From an uncultured Verrucomicrobiae bacterium (GTDB lineage Bacteria; Verrucomicrobiota; Verrucomicrobiia; Chthoniobacterales; UBA10450): a stretch of 64,000 bases of DNA. A model generated the notes under the pieces. It saw nothing but the letters and a program-made list of their open reading frames with translations. It did not search any database and was not told the DNA's origin. This document shows, in pieces, positions 10,490 to 20,930 of this stretch. The position numbers were made by a program, and so were the translations under genes. The first letter of the stretch is position 1, and each line of letters opens with the position of its first letter. The stretch covers positions 256,001 through 320,000 of the forward strand of contig CAVSDR010000004.1 in the NCBI GenBank assembly GCA_963726745.1, in the 5' to 3' direction.

Positions 10490-12818
10490 ATGAATCCTCT
10501 CCTCACTTTCTTCGCCGGTCTCATCCTGCTGATTCTTTTCGGGTGGTATTTCGCGACCGATTACGGGACGCGGAAGCGGGTGCTCGCGGCGGTGCTGGCC
10601 ATTCTTCTGGTGACCGTGAGCGTGGCCACGATCTGGCCGCCGCAAAAGCGCATCGCTCTCGGTCTCGACATCCAGGGCGGCACGTCATTCCTCATCCGGC
10701 TGGTCGGCGCGGAGAAGGAAGTAACCAAGGGCATGCTCGACCAGGCGGTCGAGGTGATCCGCAAGCGGGTCGACTATTTCGGCGGCGGCGAACCGATCAT
10801 TAGCCCAGTAGGCAATGACCGCATCCTGGTGCAAATCCCCGGGCTCGATACCGCGAAGATCCAGGAAGCGCGCGAGCAACTTTCGCGCGTGGCCAAGCTC
10901 GAGTTCTCGCTGGTCCATCCGCAGAACCAGCAACTCGTGGCCCAGATCGAATCCGGCCAGGGCATCATCCCGCCGGATTACCGACTGGTGACCTACACTT
11001 TCGAAACGAACGACGGCAAGAAGCAGGAGGAAAAGCTCCTGGTCCATCGTCGTCCCGACCTGACCGGCGACCATATCACGCACGCTTACGCGGCTTACCA
11101 GAATGAATGGGAAGTCGGGCCTGGAGTTCGACGCCGTGGGCGCGAAGAAGTTCGACGACCTGGCCGCGAATCATTTCCACGAGCGCTTCGCCATCCTGCT
11201 CGATGGCGCGGTGCAGTCCGCCCCTTCGATCAACGCGAAATACTTCGGCGGCCGCGCGCAGATCAGCGGCGGACGCATGGGCGAAAAGGAAGCGCGCGAT
11301 CTTTCGAGCGTGCTCGAGAACCCGCTGCAAACGCCGGTGAGCATCGAGGAAGAGCGCAGCGTCTCGCCGACGCTCGGACTGGATAGCATTCGCTCGAGCA
11401 TCATCGCCGGTCTTATTGGTCTCGCGATCACGCTCCTCTGCGTGGTGATTTATTACCGCTTCGTCGGCCTGATCGCGAACCTTGCGCTCCTGGTTAACAT
11501 CATCCTGCTGATCGGGGCGCTTACGCTGTTTAACTTCGTGCTCACCCTGCCCGGCATCGCAGGCATTATCCTGACCGTCGGCATCGCAGTCGACGCAAGC
11601 GTGCTCATCTACGAGCGCTTGCGCGAAGAACTCGCGCTGGGCAAGTCGCTCAAGGTCGCGCTCCAGGCGGCTTACGAGAAGGCCTTCAGCTCCATCTTTG
11701 ATGCGAACGTGACCACCTTGATCACCGCGGCGATTCTCTTCTGGATGGCGAGCGGCCCGGTCAAGGGCTTCGCCATCTCGCTGACTCTCGGCATTCTCGC
11801 TTCGCTCTTCACCGCGCTCATCGTCGGCCGGAGCGTGCTCAGCTGGTTCGTCGATACCGGCAAGGTGAAGAAGATCACAATGCTGCACCTGATCTCGTCG
11901 CAGCACGTGAATTTCCTCGGCAAAGGCCCGATCGCGGTCGCGGCTTCGGTGGCCTTGATCATCGCGGGCGCGAGCGCCTTCGTGATCCGCGGCGACCGCA
12001 ATTTTGGCGTCGACTTCAAGGGCGGCGATCTCATCACCATGAGCTCGAGCCAGCCGGTAAAAGTGGCGGACGTGCGCGAAGCGATCAAGCCGCTGAAGCT
12101 CGACGACGCGCCCATCCAGGAGTCGGTGCAGGCGGGCAAGAGCTACATCACCATCCGCGGCCCGATCAACACCAGCGAGGCGATCGAGAAGCAGATCATC
12201 CAGTCGATGCCGCAGGCTAATTTCAAGGTCGAGCAGGCGGAGCGCGTGGGCGCGCTCGTCGGCGGCGAACTCGCGCGGCGTTCGCTCTGGGCACTCGGCA
12301 TCGGCATGCTCGGCATTCTCCTTTACGTCACCCTGCGCTTCGAGCTCTCCTTCGCCGTCGGCGCGATCGTAGCCGTCTTGCACGACGTCTTGATCACCAT
12401 CGGCGTCTTCTCGCTCCTCGGGCGGGAGTTGACCCTGACGATGGTCGGCGCGGTCCTGACGATTGCCGGTTACTCGATCAACGACACCATCGTGGTCTAC
12501 GACCGCATCCGCGAAGGTCTGGCCAGCGGCCGCAAGGGCACGATCGAGCAAATCATGAACGAGAGCATCAACCAGACGCTCAGCCGCACCCTGCTCACCA
12601 GTATCGTGACTTTGATCCCGATTTTCTGCCTCTTCTTCTTCGGTGGCTCGGTCCTGCGCGACTTCGCGCTCGCGATTATCATCGGCGTTGCCGTGGGCAC
12701 TTACTCGTCCATTTTCGTGGCCTCGCCGATCGTTCTTTGGTGGACCCGCGCCCGCCGCGGCAGCCTCCGCCAGGAGGTCACCCAGAAAGCGGCCGCGGCC
12801 AAAGTCCCGGTCGGCTAG
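10490..12818 (+). CDS. secDF: SecD/SecF fusion protein; frameshift at ~11118
   Basis: SecD motifs 'LGLDIQGG' and 'IAVDASVLIYER'; SecF motifs 'GVDFKGG' and 'GYSINDTIVVYDRIRE'. Confidence 0.92.
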
Positions 12819-12836
12819 GAAAGTTATTCACAGAGG

Positions 12837-12865
12837 TTGACGCCCCTTCGGCCCCCGCTTAGGAT
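12837..12865 (+). promoter_or_regulatory. Sigma70-type promoter upstream of rpsU
   Basis: TTGACG-N17-TAGGAT, about 50 nt upstream of the ATG. Confidence 0.6.
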
Positions 12866-12914
12866 CGCGTTCGCCGGCGAAGCCGGACATTTTTCCCAAA
12901 CACGGAGACACAAC

Positions 12915-13112
12915 ATGCCAGAAGTTATCGTTCGCAAAGGTGAGCCAGTCGATCGCGCGTTGAAGCGCTTGAAGAACAAGCTCGACGCCGAGGGCATTCT
13001 CGAGGAAGTGCGCCGCCTGCGCGCCTTTGAGACGCCGACGCAGAAAAGCCGCCGCAAGGCCAAGGCGAACGCCAAGCGCGGACGGACGAAATTCCGCTTT
13101 AACCCCTCGTAG
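12915..13112 (+). CDS. rpsU: 30S ribosomal protein S21
   Basis: 'MPEVIVRKGEPVDRALKRLK...FETP'; GGAG upstream. Confidence 0.93.
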   Translation: MPEVIVRKGEPVDRALKRLKNKLDAEGILEEVRRLRAFETPTQKSRRKAKANAKRGRTKFRFNPS

Positions 13113-13148
13113 ACCGAGGTTTAGACAGCGCGCTGTGCGGTGCGCGTG

Positions 13149-13541
13149 TTAGGGTTTTCGATGAGCTCCGGAGGCATAGCCCCGGAGCTTTTTTGTGACA
13201 AAACTGATCACCAACGGGCGAACCATCATTCCCACGACCTTGGCCAAGGTCATGGCCAGGCCAGCCTTCAAGACCGGCGATTCCTCGTTGTTTTTCCCGC
13301 CGCGCACGCGGATCACTTTTCGCTGCGTCGAGCTTCCAAAACGCGCCGTCAGAACCACGCCGACGATGACCGCCCCGGCGATCCAGGTGACGCTCCGGCG
13401 CTGAAAGGAACGCCGCAGTGTGCGCGGGAAATCAAGCCCGGCGCGCACCCCGCCCATGTCCCGGCCGAGGCGCATGCGCGAGAGGGCAATCTCCTGCCGC
13501 AACTCCGCTATCGATTTTCCTGCTTCGTGCTCTTGAGCCAT
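13149..13541 (-). CDS. Small membrane protein (YqjK/DUF3618-like)
   Basis: 'ELRQEIALSR' followed by a hydrophobic segment; third gene of a DUF883/holin-like trio. Confidence 0.55.
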   Translation of the reverse strand: MAQEHEAGKSIAELRQEIALSRMRLGRDMGGVRAGLDFPRTLRRSFQRRSVTWIAGAVIVGVVLTARFGSSTQRKVIRVRGGKNNEESPVLKAGLAMTLAKVVGMMVRPLVISFVTKKLRGYASGAHRKP

Positions 13542-13930
13542 TCGCGGTCCCTTTGTAATTCCGCCAGGCTGGCGGGGAAAATAGGCTTCGACATCTGCAG
13601 ACGGGCGAAAAAGCCGCAGCCGATTGCCAGGAGGATGTTCAGAAGCGCGGCCAGCAGCGCGATCCAAAGCCAGGAAATATTCGTCGCGTAGGCGATCCCG
13701 AAGATCGCCGCCACCACCAGGAAAACCCAAGCGAGGCCGAGCAGAAGAAGCGCCGCCACGAGCGCGCCCACCATGAGCACGATCTGCGTCAACCCACCCT
13801 TCGACTCGTGCGCGAAGAGCGCGATCCGGCACTCCAGCGCGCTGGCGAGCGAAGCGCCCAACGCGACCACACTGCCCACCAAGCCGGGTGGGCTGGCAGG
13901 GTTACGAAAGCGCTTCGGATCGCCAGCCAT
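13508..13930 (-). CDS. YqjE-like (phage holin family 3/6) membrane protein
   Basis: 'RIALFAHE', two TM segments, 'FPASLAELQRDREWL'. Confidence 0.75.
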   Translation of the reverse strand: MAGDPKRFRNPASPPGLVGSVVALGASLASALECRIALFAHESKGGLTQIVLMVGALVAALLLLGLAWVFLVVAAIFGIAYATNISWLWIALLAALLNILLAIGCGFFARLQMSKPIFPASLAELQRDREWLKSTKQENR

Positions 13931-13944
13931 GCGCGCGCCGGAAC

Positions 13945-14242
13945 TCAGCGACGGAAGATGATCCCGAGGACAAAGCCGATCCCGAGCGCAGTGAAGACCG
14001 CTTTCGTCGGATTATCGCGCACGTATTGCTCGCCATCTTCCTGGAAGGTCCGCACCCGGCCGGAGGCGTCTTCCCAGGACCTGCTCGGCGCGTCCGCGAT
14101 ATTCGCCCGCCATCTCCGAGGCCGCGGTCTTCAAATCCTCCGCAGCTTTGCGCGCGTGGGTGCGGCTGCTCTCGAGTTTGCCAGTGCCGCTCGCGGAGGC
14201 CGCGCCGGTGGCACCTGTTTCCTGATTCATTTCTTCAGCCAT
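13945..14242 (-). CDS. DUF883/ElaB/YqjD family tail-anchored protein; frameshift at ~14075
   Basis: Ala-rich helical N-terminus; the alternative frame ends 'RDNPTKAVFTALGIGFVLGIIFRR'. Confidence 0.75.
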
Positions 14243-14367
14243 GATTTTTTCTCCTTTGGGTTCGTTAGTCTCACTATCCCCCGCCCGCGGACGAGGGCAA
14301 GGCTGCGGCTAACTCTTCTCGATGAGAAACGAACCCCGGCGGCGCCTTGCGCTTGTGAGATCGCTCT

Positions 14368-14586
14368 CTATTTCTCGCGAAAAATAATCCGCGCCTTCGA
14401 AAGATCGTACGGCGAAAGCTCCACTTCCACCCGGTCGCCCGGCACGATGCGGATGAAATGTTTCCGCATCTTCCCCGAGATGTGCGCGAGCACGTTGCGC
14501 TTCCCCGGAAGCTCCACCCGGAACATGGTCCCGGGGAGGACCTGCGTCACGGTGCCCTCGGTTACGATCTGCTCCTCTTTCGCCAT
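14368..14586 (-). CDS. infA: Translation initiation factor IF-1
   Basis: '[11 protein letters not shown]...LAHISGKMR...[10 protein letters not shown]'. Confidence 0.97.
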   Translation of the reverse strand: MAKEEQIVTEGTVTQVLPGTMFRVELPGKRNVLAHISGKMRKHFIRIVPGDRVEVELSPYDLSKARIIFREK

Positions 14587-14640
14587 CGCGGGAAATGCTA
14601 GCCAGTGCGAAATTTTTCTCAAGCCGCACCCGCAGTGGTC

Positions 14641-16470
14641 TCAAGGCGCCAGCGAAACCGGCCGCAAATATTCGCGCAGCTCCTCGCGCTTCCACCAATT
14701 TCCCGTTGCGCGGCGCTCCTCCGCGGTGGTGAACCGGTAGCGGTAGAGGATCGCCCGCACGTAGCGCGGCGGGCGCTCGGCGAATGGATTTTCCTCGAGC
14801 AAACCGGTAACGCTCGGGCTGCCCTCGAGCAGCCGCTGCACCAGGCCGTAGAACCAGGGGTTTCCTTGCGGACCGCCAAGCGCGGCGAACCACATTTGCC
14901 AATCGAGCCGCGGCTGGTGCGGCTGCACCCAGCGCGGCGCGCGCTCGAGCGGTCCCGGCTTCCAGCGGAAGCGATACGGCTGCCAGTCGATCCCATCCGC
15001 GCTGCCTTCGAGGATAATCTCCGGCCGCGTTCGGGTCATCACCCGGAAGAGCCCGTAGCCATTCACCGCCATGAACGGCGCGACCCGCGCGCGGACTGCC
15101 GCGAGCGGCTTTGGCCACGACCATTCCGGCCGAAGCGCGCTCCAAGTGAGGCCGGCGTTTAGCGGCAACGTAACGAGGAGAACCACGAGCGCCGGCGAGA
15201 GAATCCGCGCGCGCGGAATCCGCTCCGGACGCGCCCGCCGCAACCAGCGCGCCCAGAGCGAGTCATCAATCAACAGGAGGCAAAGCACCACCGTGAGGAG
15301 ATTGAAGAAGGCGTAGTTTCCCGTGAGCGCGATCGCGATTTGAAAGACGACCAGAAGCCCGCAGGCGCCCAGCCGCAGCCGGCGCGGCGCCCACAAAAAG
15401 AACGGCGCCACCAGTTCCACCGCGAGCGCAAAGCCCACGCCAAATTGCCGCAGCCACGCCGGCCCTTGATGCGCGAACCACGCCAGCACCGTCGGCAGCG
15501 GCTGCGTTTCGTAGTGGAAATCGAGCGAGCTTAAATCCCACCACGACAAGTCGCCGCTGGTCAGCTTCACCACGCCGGAGAGAAACATCAGCTTCCAGAG
15601 GAGCAGCTTGAGGAGAAACAAACCCGCCGGCGGCACGGGCGCGGCGCGGCGCAAACGCCAGCTCCAAGGCGCGAAAAAGATCGCCAAAAATCCCGTCTCG
15701 AGCAGGAGGATATCCCACTGGAAACTGAGGAATTCCTGACCTGCGATCGTGAGCGAGAGATAACTCCCATACAAAATAGCCAGCGAGATCGCTGGCAGCA
15801 GGCCGGCAATCAGGAGCAGCGAGAAGAGCACGCCCGTGCCGCAGAGGAATTGCAGGAAAAAATCGCTCGCATTTAGCCAGCACAATGTCGGCAGCAGCCA
15901 GGTCGCCCGCGCTCCCACCTGCTCGCGCGCCTGCTGGAGAAACGGTTCCACTGGCGAGATCCCCCCGCTCCCCACGAGCCCGTCGATTTGCACCCAAAGG
16001 GAAACGAAGGCGACCAGGAAAACCAGGCCGAGCGCGCGCAGGAAAACGTTGCGCGTGATTCCATAGGTCGGCCGACGCACCTCCGCACCCCAGAGCGCGC
16101 GCGAAAAAAACGAAGCCAGGCCGCGATTTCGCGCGACCAATGCGTAAGCCGCTTCCGCTGGACCGGGCAGAAGCTCATAGGCCCAGAGCGGGAACTTCCG
16201 CCCGCCTTGCCGCAGGCTGCGCGCCACCGCTTCCGCGCCGCGCGAAATCCGGCCATCCGGCTCCACCAAATAGACTGCGCGTTCATACTCCGCGGGCGCG
16301 ATTTCCGGAAAGCGATCCCTCACTTCTTGCGAAGGCTCGTAGTCCACCGCGTCGCCGGTCGAGTCCCGCCAGCGCTCGATCCACGCAGTGCAAAAGTGGC
16401 AGTCGCGATCGAAGATCATGAGCGGCTTCGCCGGCGGCTGGGCCACGCGACGGAGGGAAACGCGCTCCAT
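14641..16470 (-). CDS. DCC1-like thiol-disulfide oxidoreductase domain fused to a lipase maturation factor (LMF1) domain
   Basis: N-terminal 'FDRDCHFC'; LMF motifs 'FQWDILLLETG', 'HYETQPLP', 'NGYGLF', 'PHQPRLDWQMWFAAL'. Confidence 0.85.
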   Translation of the reverse strand: MERVSLRRVAQPPAKPLMIFDRDCHFCTAWIERWRDSTGDAVDYEPSQEVRDRFPEIAPAEYERAVYLVEPDGRISRGAEAVARSLRQGGRKFPLWAYELLPGPAEAAYALVARNRGLASFFSRALWGAEVRRPTYGITRNVFLRALGLVFLVAFVSLWVQIDGLVGSGGISPVEPFLQQAREQVGARATWLLPTLCWLNASDFFLQFLCGTGVLFSLLLIAGLLPAISLAILYGSYLSLTIAGQEFLSFQWDILLLETGFLAIFFAPWSWRLRRAAPVPPAGLFLLKLLLWKLMFLSGVVKLTSGDLSWWDLSSLDFHYETQPLPTVLAWFAHQGPAWLRQFGVGFALAVELVAPFFLWAPRRLRLGACGLLVVFQIAIALTGNYAFFNLLTVVLCLLLIDDSLWARWLRRARPERIPRARILSPALVVLLVTLPLNAGLTWSALRPEWSWPKPLAAVRARVAPFMAVNGYGLFRVMTRTRPEIILEGSADGIDWQPYRFRWKPGPLERAPRWVQPHQPRLDWQMWFAALGGPQGNPWFYGLVQRLLEGSPSVTGLLEENPFAERPPRYVRAILYRYRFTTAEERRATGNWWKREELREYLRPVSLAP

Positions 16471-16474
16471 AAAG

Positions 16475-17245
16475 TTACCGGCTAAAACGCGCCCAGATCG
16501 GCGCATGATCCGAAGGCTCCTTGCCCTTCCGCATCTCGCGCTCTACCCCCGCTTCCACGCAGCGCGCGCCTAACGAGTGGCTCGCCAGGACCGCGTCGAT
16601 CCGCAGCCCGCGATTCTTTGGAAAGGAAAGCATCCGGTAATCCCACCAGGTAAAGATGCCGCCTTCCGGCCGGCAGAGTCGCAAAGTGTCGGCTAAACCC
16701 GCGGCGCAGAGTTCCCGGAAAGCCGCCCGTTCACCCTCCGAGCACATGATCGACCCGCGCCAAAGCTCCGGGTCGTGCACATCCACGTCTTCCGGCGCGA
16801 CGTTGAAATCGCCGCAAACCGCGAGGTCGCTCGAGAGATCTTCATGCCTCGCAAGGCAGCGCCGCAGCCGCGCATACCAGCGCATCTTGTAGTCGTAGGC
16901 CGGCGAGCCGACCGCCTGGCCGTTGGGCGCGTAAACCGAGACGATGCGGACGCCGCCGACCGTTCCGGCAAGCACCCGCGCCTGCGGATCCTCCTCCTCA
17001 TCGCAGAGCGCTGCGCGCACGTCGGTGATCTCGCGGCGCGCGAGAATGGCCACGCCGTTATACGATTTCTGCCCGTGAAAGGCCGAGAAATAGCCGGCGC
17101 TTTGCAATTCCTCGGCGGGGAATTGTTCGTCGGTGCATTTCGTTTCCTGGAGGCAAACCACGTCCGGCTGCGTCTCCGCCAGCCAACCGAGCAATCGCTC
17201 CTGCCGCTTGCGCAGCGAGTTGATGTTCCAGGAGACGATTTTCAA
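16475..17245 (-). CDS. xth: Exodeoxyribonuclease III
   Basis: TTG start; 'SWNINS', 'LQETK', 'GDFN', 'GLRID', 'SDHAP'. Confidence 0.93.
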   Translation of the reverse strand: MKIVSWNINSLRKRQERLLGWLAETQPDVVCLQETKCTDEQFPAEELQSAGYFSAFHGQKSYNGVAILARREITDVRAALCDEEEDPQARVLAGTVGGVRIVSVYAPNGQAVGSPAYDYKMRWYARLRRCLARHEDLSSDLAVCGDFNVAPEDVDVHDPELWRGSIMCSEGERAAFRELCAAGLADTLRLCRPEGGIFTWWDYRMLSFPKNRGLRIDAVLASHSLGARCVEAGVEREMRKGKEPSDHAPIWARFSR

Positions 17246-17258
17246 AGTGGGCGCGCCG

Positions 17259-18629
17259 CTAGAGCTCCAGCTCCACGCCGGGCGTGGGAATGATGATCTC
17301 GGATTCCGGCAGCGCCGCGGCCAGCTCGGCCCGCACCCACGCCACCGCCGCCGGGTCTCCATGGACCAGCACCACCTTCTTCGGCGCGAGCTTCTTCGTG
17401 TATTCCACGATCGATTCCCGCGACGCATGCGCGCTGAATTGGAACTTCTCGATCTGGCAGCGCAACTCCTGCGCCGGCTCCTCCGGGTCTAACGAGACCA
17501 AAGTTCCGGGTGCGGCCTCGCGCAGGATGCCCGCAGGCGAGATCGGGTCGGCATAGCCGACGAAGAAGATCGAATGCCGCGGGTCCTCGAGCACGCGGCG
17601 CGCGAAGATATTAGACAGCGTCTTCGGGGTCATCATTCCGCTGGAAAGCGCGTAGATCCGGCCCGGTTTCGCAGGCGCGTCGGCGATCGTCTGCCCATTG
17701 AGCACGAAGGGCTCGAGCTCCTGGAGCAATTGCAGGCGCGGGAAATTCCGCCGGCTGTTGAGCGCGAAACGGTCGTAGATTTCCGTCATCTTCATGCTCA
17801 AGCCGCCGATGTAGAGCGGGAAATCACCGAGCAATTTCTCCTTCCGGAAACGGTGGATCATGGCCAGCGCTTCCTGTGTTTTCCCGAGCGCAAAGACCGG
17901 CATGAGCACGCAGCCGCCGCGCTCGAAAGCCTTCGCGATCGCCTCGGCGAGCCGCGCTTCCTCGCCTTCGCGGGTGAAACCCGGCGGCTCCGGATGATCG
18001 CCGCGCGTCGTCTCCATGATGAGCACGTCGACTCCGCTCTCGGGAAAGGTCGCGCCCTTCGAGATCGTCTGGTCGGCAAAGTTCACGTCGCCGCTGTAGA
18101 ACACCGTCTGCCCTTCGCCGCGCAGGAGCACGCCGGCGGAGCCGAGCACGTGCCCGGCATCGACGAACTCGAAGGTCACGCCGCCGCGCGGCCCGCCGCG
18201 TTCGCCCGCGAGCGTGATCGGCTGACGGTAGCGGCAGGAACGCCAGAGATCGCTCGCGCGATTCGCCTCCTTGTGGGTGAAAAGCGGGTAGAGCGTGGTC
18301 CCGAGTTCCTCGCGCTGCCGCGTCATCACGTTCACGGAATTGTGCAACAAAGTGCTGCCTATTTCCGCGGTCGCCTCGGTCATGAAAACGCGCGCGTCCG
18401 GCTGCCGCCGCATCAAGACCGGGAGCGTCCCGAAGTGGTCCTGGTGCGCATGCGAGACGATGATCGCATCCACTTCGCGCCCGCCGAGCGCGGCGAAATT
18501 AGGCAGCGCATTGTCCCCTTCCATCTTCGGGTGCATCCCGCTGTCCAGGATCAGGCCCTCGTCGCCAAATTGGAGGTAATAGCAGTTCGCCCCGATCTCG
18601 ATCTGCCGTGTGAGATTGATGAATTTCAC
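17259..18629 (-). CDS. MBL-fold beta-CASP ribonuclease
   Basis: 'SHAHQDH', 'AGHVLGS', 'SGD', 'FSAHA', 'LVHGD'. Confidence 0.88.
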   Translation of the reverse strand: MKFINLTRQIEIGANCYYLQFGDEGLILDSGMHPKMEGDNALPNFAALGGREVDAIIVSHAHQDHFGTLPVLMRRQPDARVFMTEATAEIGSTLLHNSVNVMTRQREELGTTLYPLFTHKEANRASDLWRSCRYRQPITLAGERGGPRGGVTFEFVDAGHVLGSAGVLLRGEGQTVFYSGDVNFADQTISKGATFPESGVDVLIMETTRGDHPEPPGFTREGEEARLAEAIAKAFERGGCVLMPVFALGKTQEALAMIHRFRKEKLLGDFPLYIGGLSMKMTEIYDRFALNSRRNFPRLQLLQELEPFVLNGQTIADAPAKPGRIYALSSGMMTPKTLSNIFARRVLEDPRHSIFFVGYADPISPAGILREAAPGTLVSLDPEEPAQELRCQIEKFQFSAHASRESIVEYTKKLAPKKVVLVHGDPAAVAWVRAELAAALPESEIIIPTPGVELEL

Positions 18630-18644
18630 GGCGCAAAAGATTCG

Positions 18645-19889
18645 TTAGGCGAGGGGAGGCGGGATGCTGGCCTCGCGCGCCGCCTCGGCCGGGGCGCGGA
18701 AAAAGAAGGCCGCCGCGATCGCGAGCCAAAGCGCGCCCAGCGGGAGCACACCGGGCAGCCAGAGATGCCAGGTGGCGATCGTGCCCATGCTGGCCAGGCA
18801 ATAGGCCGCGGTCACCGCGATGCCGAGGAGAAACAAGTCGATGCGGTCGATTCGCCGGAAGAAGGGCCAGAGTCCGGCGATCACCAGGAGCACAAGGAAA
18901 TCGAAAAGCCGCGAGACCCGGTGGAGATAAGCGCCCGCCTGGATGGTCGCGATCGTGGCCGCGAAAACGTCCGGTGGCGAAAGCGGATTTTCCGGGGTGC
19001 GCGCGAGCACCAAGTGGTCGCGGATGTCGGCATACTCCTGCGCTTCGGGGTGGCCGCTCTCGCGTTGCTGGGCCGCGAGCAGGAGCTCGTTGAGGCCGAT
19101 GCGGCGCGCGCGCTTGGCCATGTTCGGATCGATCAAGAGGGTGCCGTCGCGCGCGATCGGGATGCGGCGGTTCTGTGGGAGGACGATTTCTTTCCCCAGG
19201 TCGACTTTCACTTCTGCCGGAGTCACGCGCAGCCAGAGGAGGATCGCCTGCAAGGGAAACGACGGGATCACTTCGCCACGGTAGAGGAAAAGCAGCGGCA
19301 CCCGCACGCTGGAAGAAGCTTCCTCCGGCAGGTTGATGAAGCCCTGCTGCGCAATCAGCCGCAAGTCTTCGTTAGGCTGCCGCGCGACGCCGGCGAAAGG
19401 CGCAAGGTCGCCACGCCGGCCGGTCACCTGCGTGATCCCGCGGATATCGGCCCATGGCGCATCCGGGTCCGAGTTGTCGCCTAATTCCGCCGCGAGCAAA
19501 AGCCGCGGCACGCGCATCGCCTGGTCCAGGAAAACCTGCTCCTGGTCCTTGTCGCGCTCGCGCCACTTGAGGATGTTTTCGAACGCGATCACCTGCGGTT
19601 GGAACTCGAGCACGGATTGCAGGAAGAGCGCGAACTCGAGCGGCGAGATCGCCACGGCCGAGGCCGACTGCGGCGCGGCGGCCGCCTTGTCGTCCCTGGT
19701 CGCGTCTGTCAGCGAGCTGCGCGCGATCTCGACGACGGTCAGCGGTACTGCCGGGCCGGATTGCACATGCGAGTGGCGCAGGAGCCAGCCGAGGAAACGG
19801 TCTTCCACCTGCGCAAAACGCGGCTCCCGCAAAAGCAGCGCGCCAAGCAAGAGCGCGACAAGCATGAGCCAGGGTGAAGGTCGCCGCAT
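18645..19889 (-). CDS. Membrane protein with CHASE2-like extracellular domain and no output domain
   Basis: N-terminal TM; 'LTVVEI', 'QPQVIAFE', 'GFINL', 'RVPLLF...PSFPLQ'; three C-terminal TM segments. Confidence 0.6.
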   Translation of the reverse strand: MRRPSPWLMLVALLLGALLLREPRFAQVEDRFLGWLLRHSHVQSGPAVPLTVVEIARSSLTDATRDDKAAAAPQSASAVAISPLEFALFLQSVLEFQPQVIAFENILKWRERDKDQEQVFLDQAMRVPRLLLAAELGDNSDPDAPWADIRGITQVTGRRGDLAPFAGVARQPNEDLRLIAQQGFINLPEEASSSVRVPLLFLYRGEVIPSFPLQAILLWLRVTPAEVKVDLGKEIVLPQNRRIPIARDGTLLIDPNMAKRARRIGLNELLLAAQQRESGHPEAQEYADIRDHLVLARTPENPLSPPDVFAATIATIQAGAYLHRVSRLFDFLVLLVIAGLWPFFRRIDRIDLFLLGIAVTAAYCLASMGTIATWHLWLPGVLPLGALWLAIAAAFFFRAPAEAAREASIPPPLA

Positions 19890-19958
19890 CGCGGCAGAAA
19901 GTAGAAAGCCTCGCGGCAAAGACAAACACTTATGCGCCGCGGCCCGACGCGCGGAGCG

Positions 19959-20909
19959 CTACTGGCTCAGCTCGAGCATGCGCAGGATCGGCGCCTCCGC
20001 CCTCTTCCGGATCGGCTCCGGAATCACGATCTCCGGCGACAGGTTCAGGAGCGCCGCGTGCGCTTTCTCCAGCGTGTTCATCTTCATGAAACGGCACTCG
20101 CCGCAGAAGCAATTGTCCGTCGGCCCGGGGATGAATTTCTTCCCGGGAATCTCGCGCTCCAGGCGATGGAGCATGCCCGCTTCCGTGACCACGATGATCT
20201 CCTGCGCGGGGCTTTGCCGGCAATACGTGACCATCTTTTCGGTCGAGCAAACTTCATCGGCCAGCATCCGCACCGCCGCGGTGCACTCCGGGTGCGCCAC
20301 CACCGGCGCGTGCGGGTATTCCTCGCGGATCCGCCCGATCGAGCGCGCGGTAAATTCCACGTGCACGTAACAATTCCCCTGCCACAGGTCCATCTTCCGC
20401 CCGGTCCGCTCCATCACCCAGGCGCCCAGGTTTTGATCGGGCACAAAGAGGATGTTCCGGTCCGCCGGCGCGGCCTGCACGATCCGGTCGGCGTTGCCGC
20501 TGGTGCAGATGACGTCGCTTAGCGCTTTCACCCCGGCGCTGCAGTTGATGTAAGCGATGACGTAGTAATTTTTCTCCGCGTGCTCCTGGAGGAAGGCCGC
20601 GAGCTTCTCCGGCGGGCAGGACTCGGAGAGCGAGCAGCCGGCGTCGAGATCGGGGAGAAGCACGCGTTTCCGCGGGTTCAGGATCTTGGCCGTCTCGGCC
20701 ATGAAATGGACCCCGCAGAACAGGATTACTTCCGCCTCGGTGTCGCGCGCCTGGAAGCTCAAGCCTAACGAGTCGCCCACGTAGTCCGCCACTTCCTGCA
20801 GCTCGCGAATCTGGTAGTTATGCGCCAGGATGACCGCGTTCCGCTCGCGCTTGAGCTCCGCGATTTCCGCGACCAGATCGACCCCAAAGTTTACACCGCT
20901 GCTCACCAT
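19959..20909 (-). CDS. nadA: Quinolinate synthase A
   Basis: 'ILAHNYQ', 'GDSL', 'CGVHFMAETAK', 'AGCSL', 'YINCSA', 'HPEC', 'CRFMK'. Confidence 0.96.
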   Translation of the reverse strand: MVSSGVNFGVDLVAEIAELKRERNAVILAHNYQIRELQEVADYVGDSLGLSFQARDTEAEVILFCGVHFMAETAKILNPRKRVLLPDLDAGCSLSESCPPEKLAAFLQEHAEKNYYVIAYINCSAGVKALSDVICTSGNADRIVQAAPADRNILFVPDQNLGAWVMERTGRKMDLWQGNCYVHVEFTARSIGRIREEYPHAPVVAHPECTAAVRMLADEVCSTEKMVTYCRQSPAQEIIVVTEAGMLHRLEREIPGKKFIPGPTDNCFCGECRFMKMNTLEKAHAALLNLSPEIVIPEPIRKRAEAPILRMLELSQ

Positions 20910-20930
20910 CGCTTAACGTCCCGCATTCTG

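Noticed and set aside
10490..12818. Separate secD and secF genes
   Set aside because: The break lies inside the SecD periplasmic domain, and the downstream ORF runs from the SecD TM segments into SecF in frame. It is one fused gene with an indel.
13508..13930. Holin-family gene as prophage evidence
   Set aside because: It sits in a yqjD-yqjE-yqjK-like host operon with no phage genes nearby.
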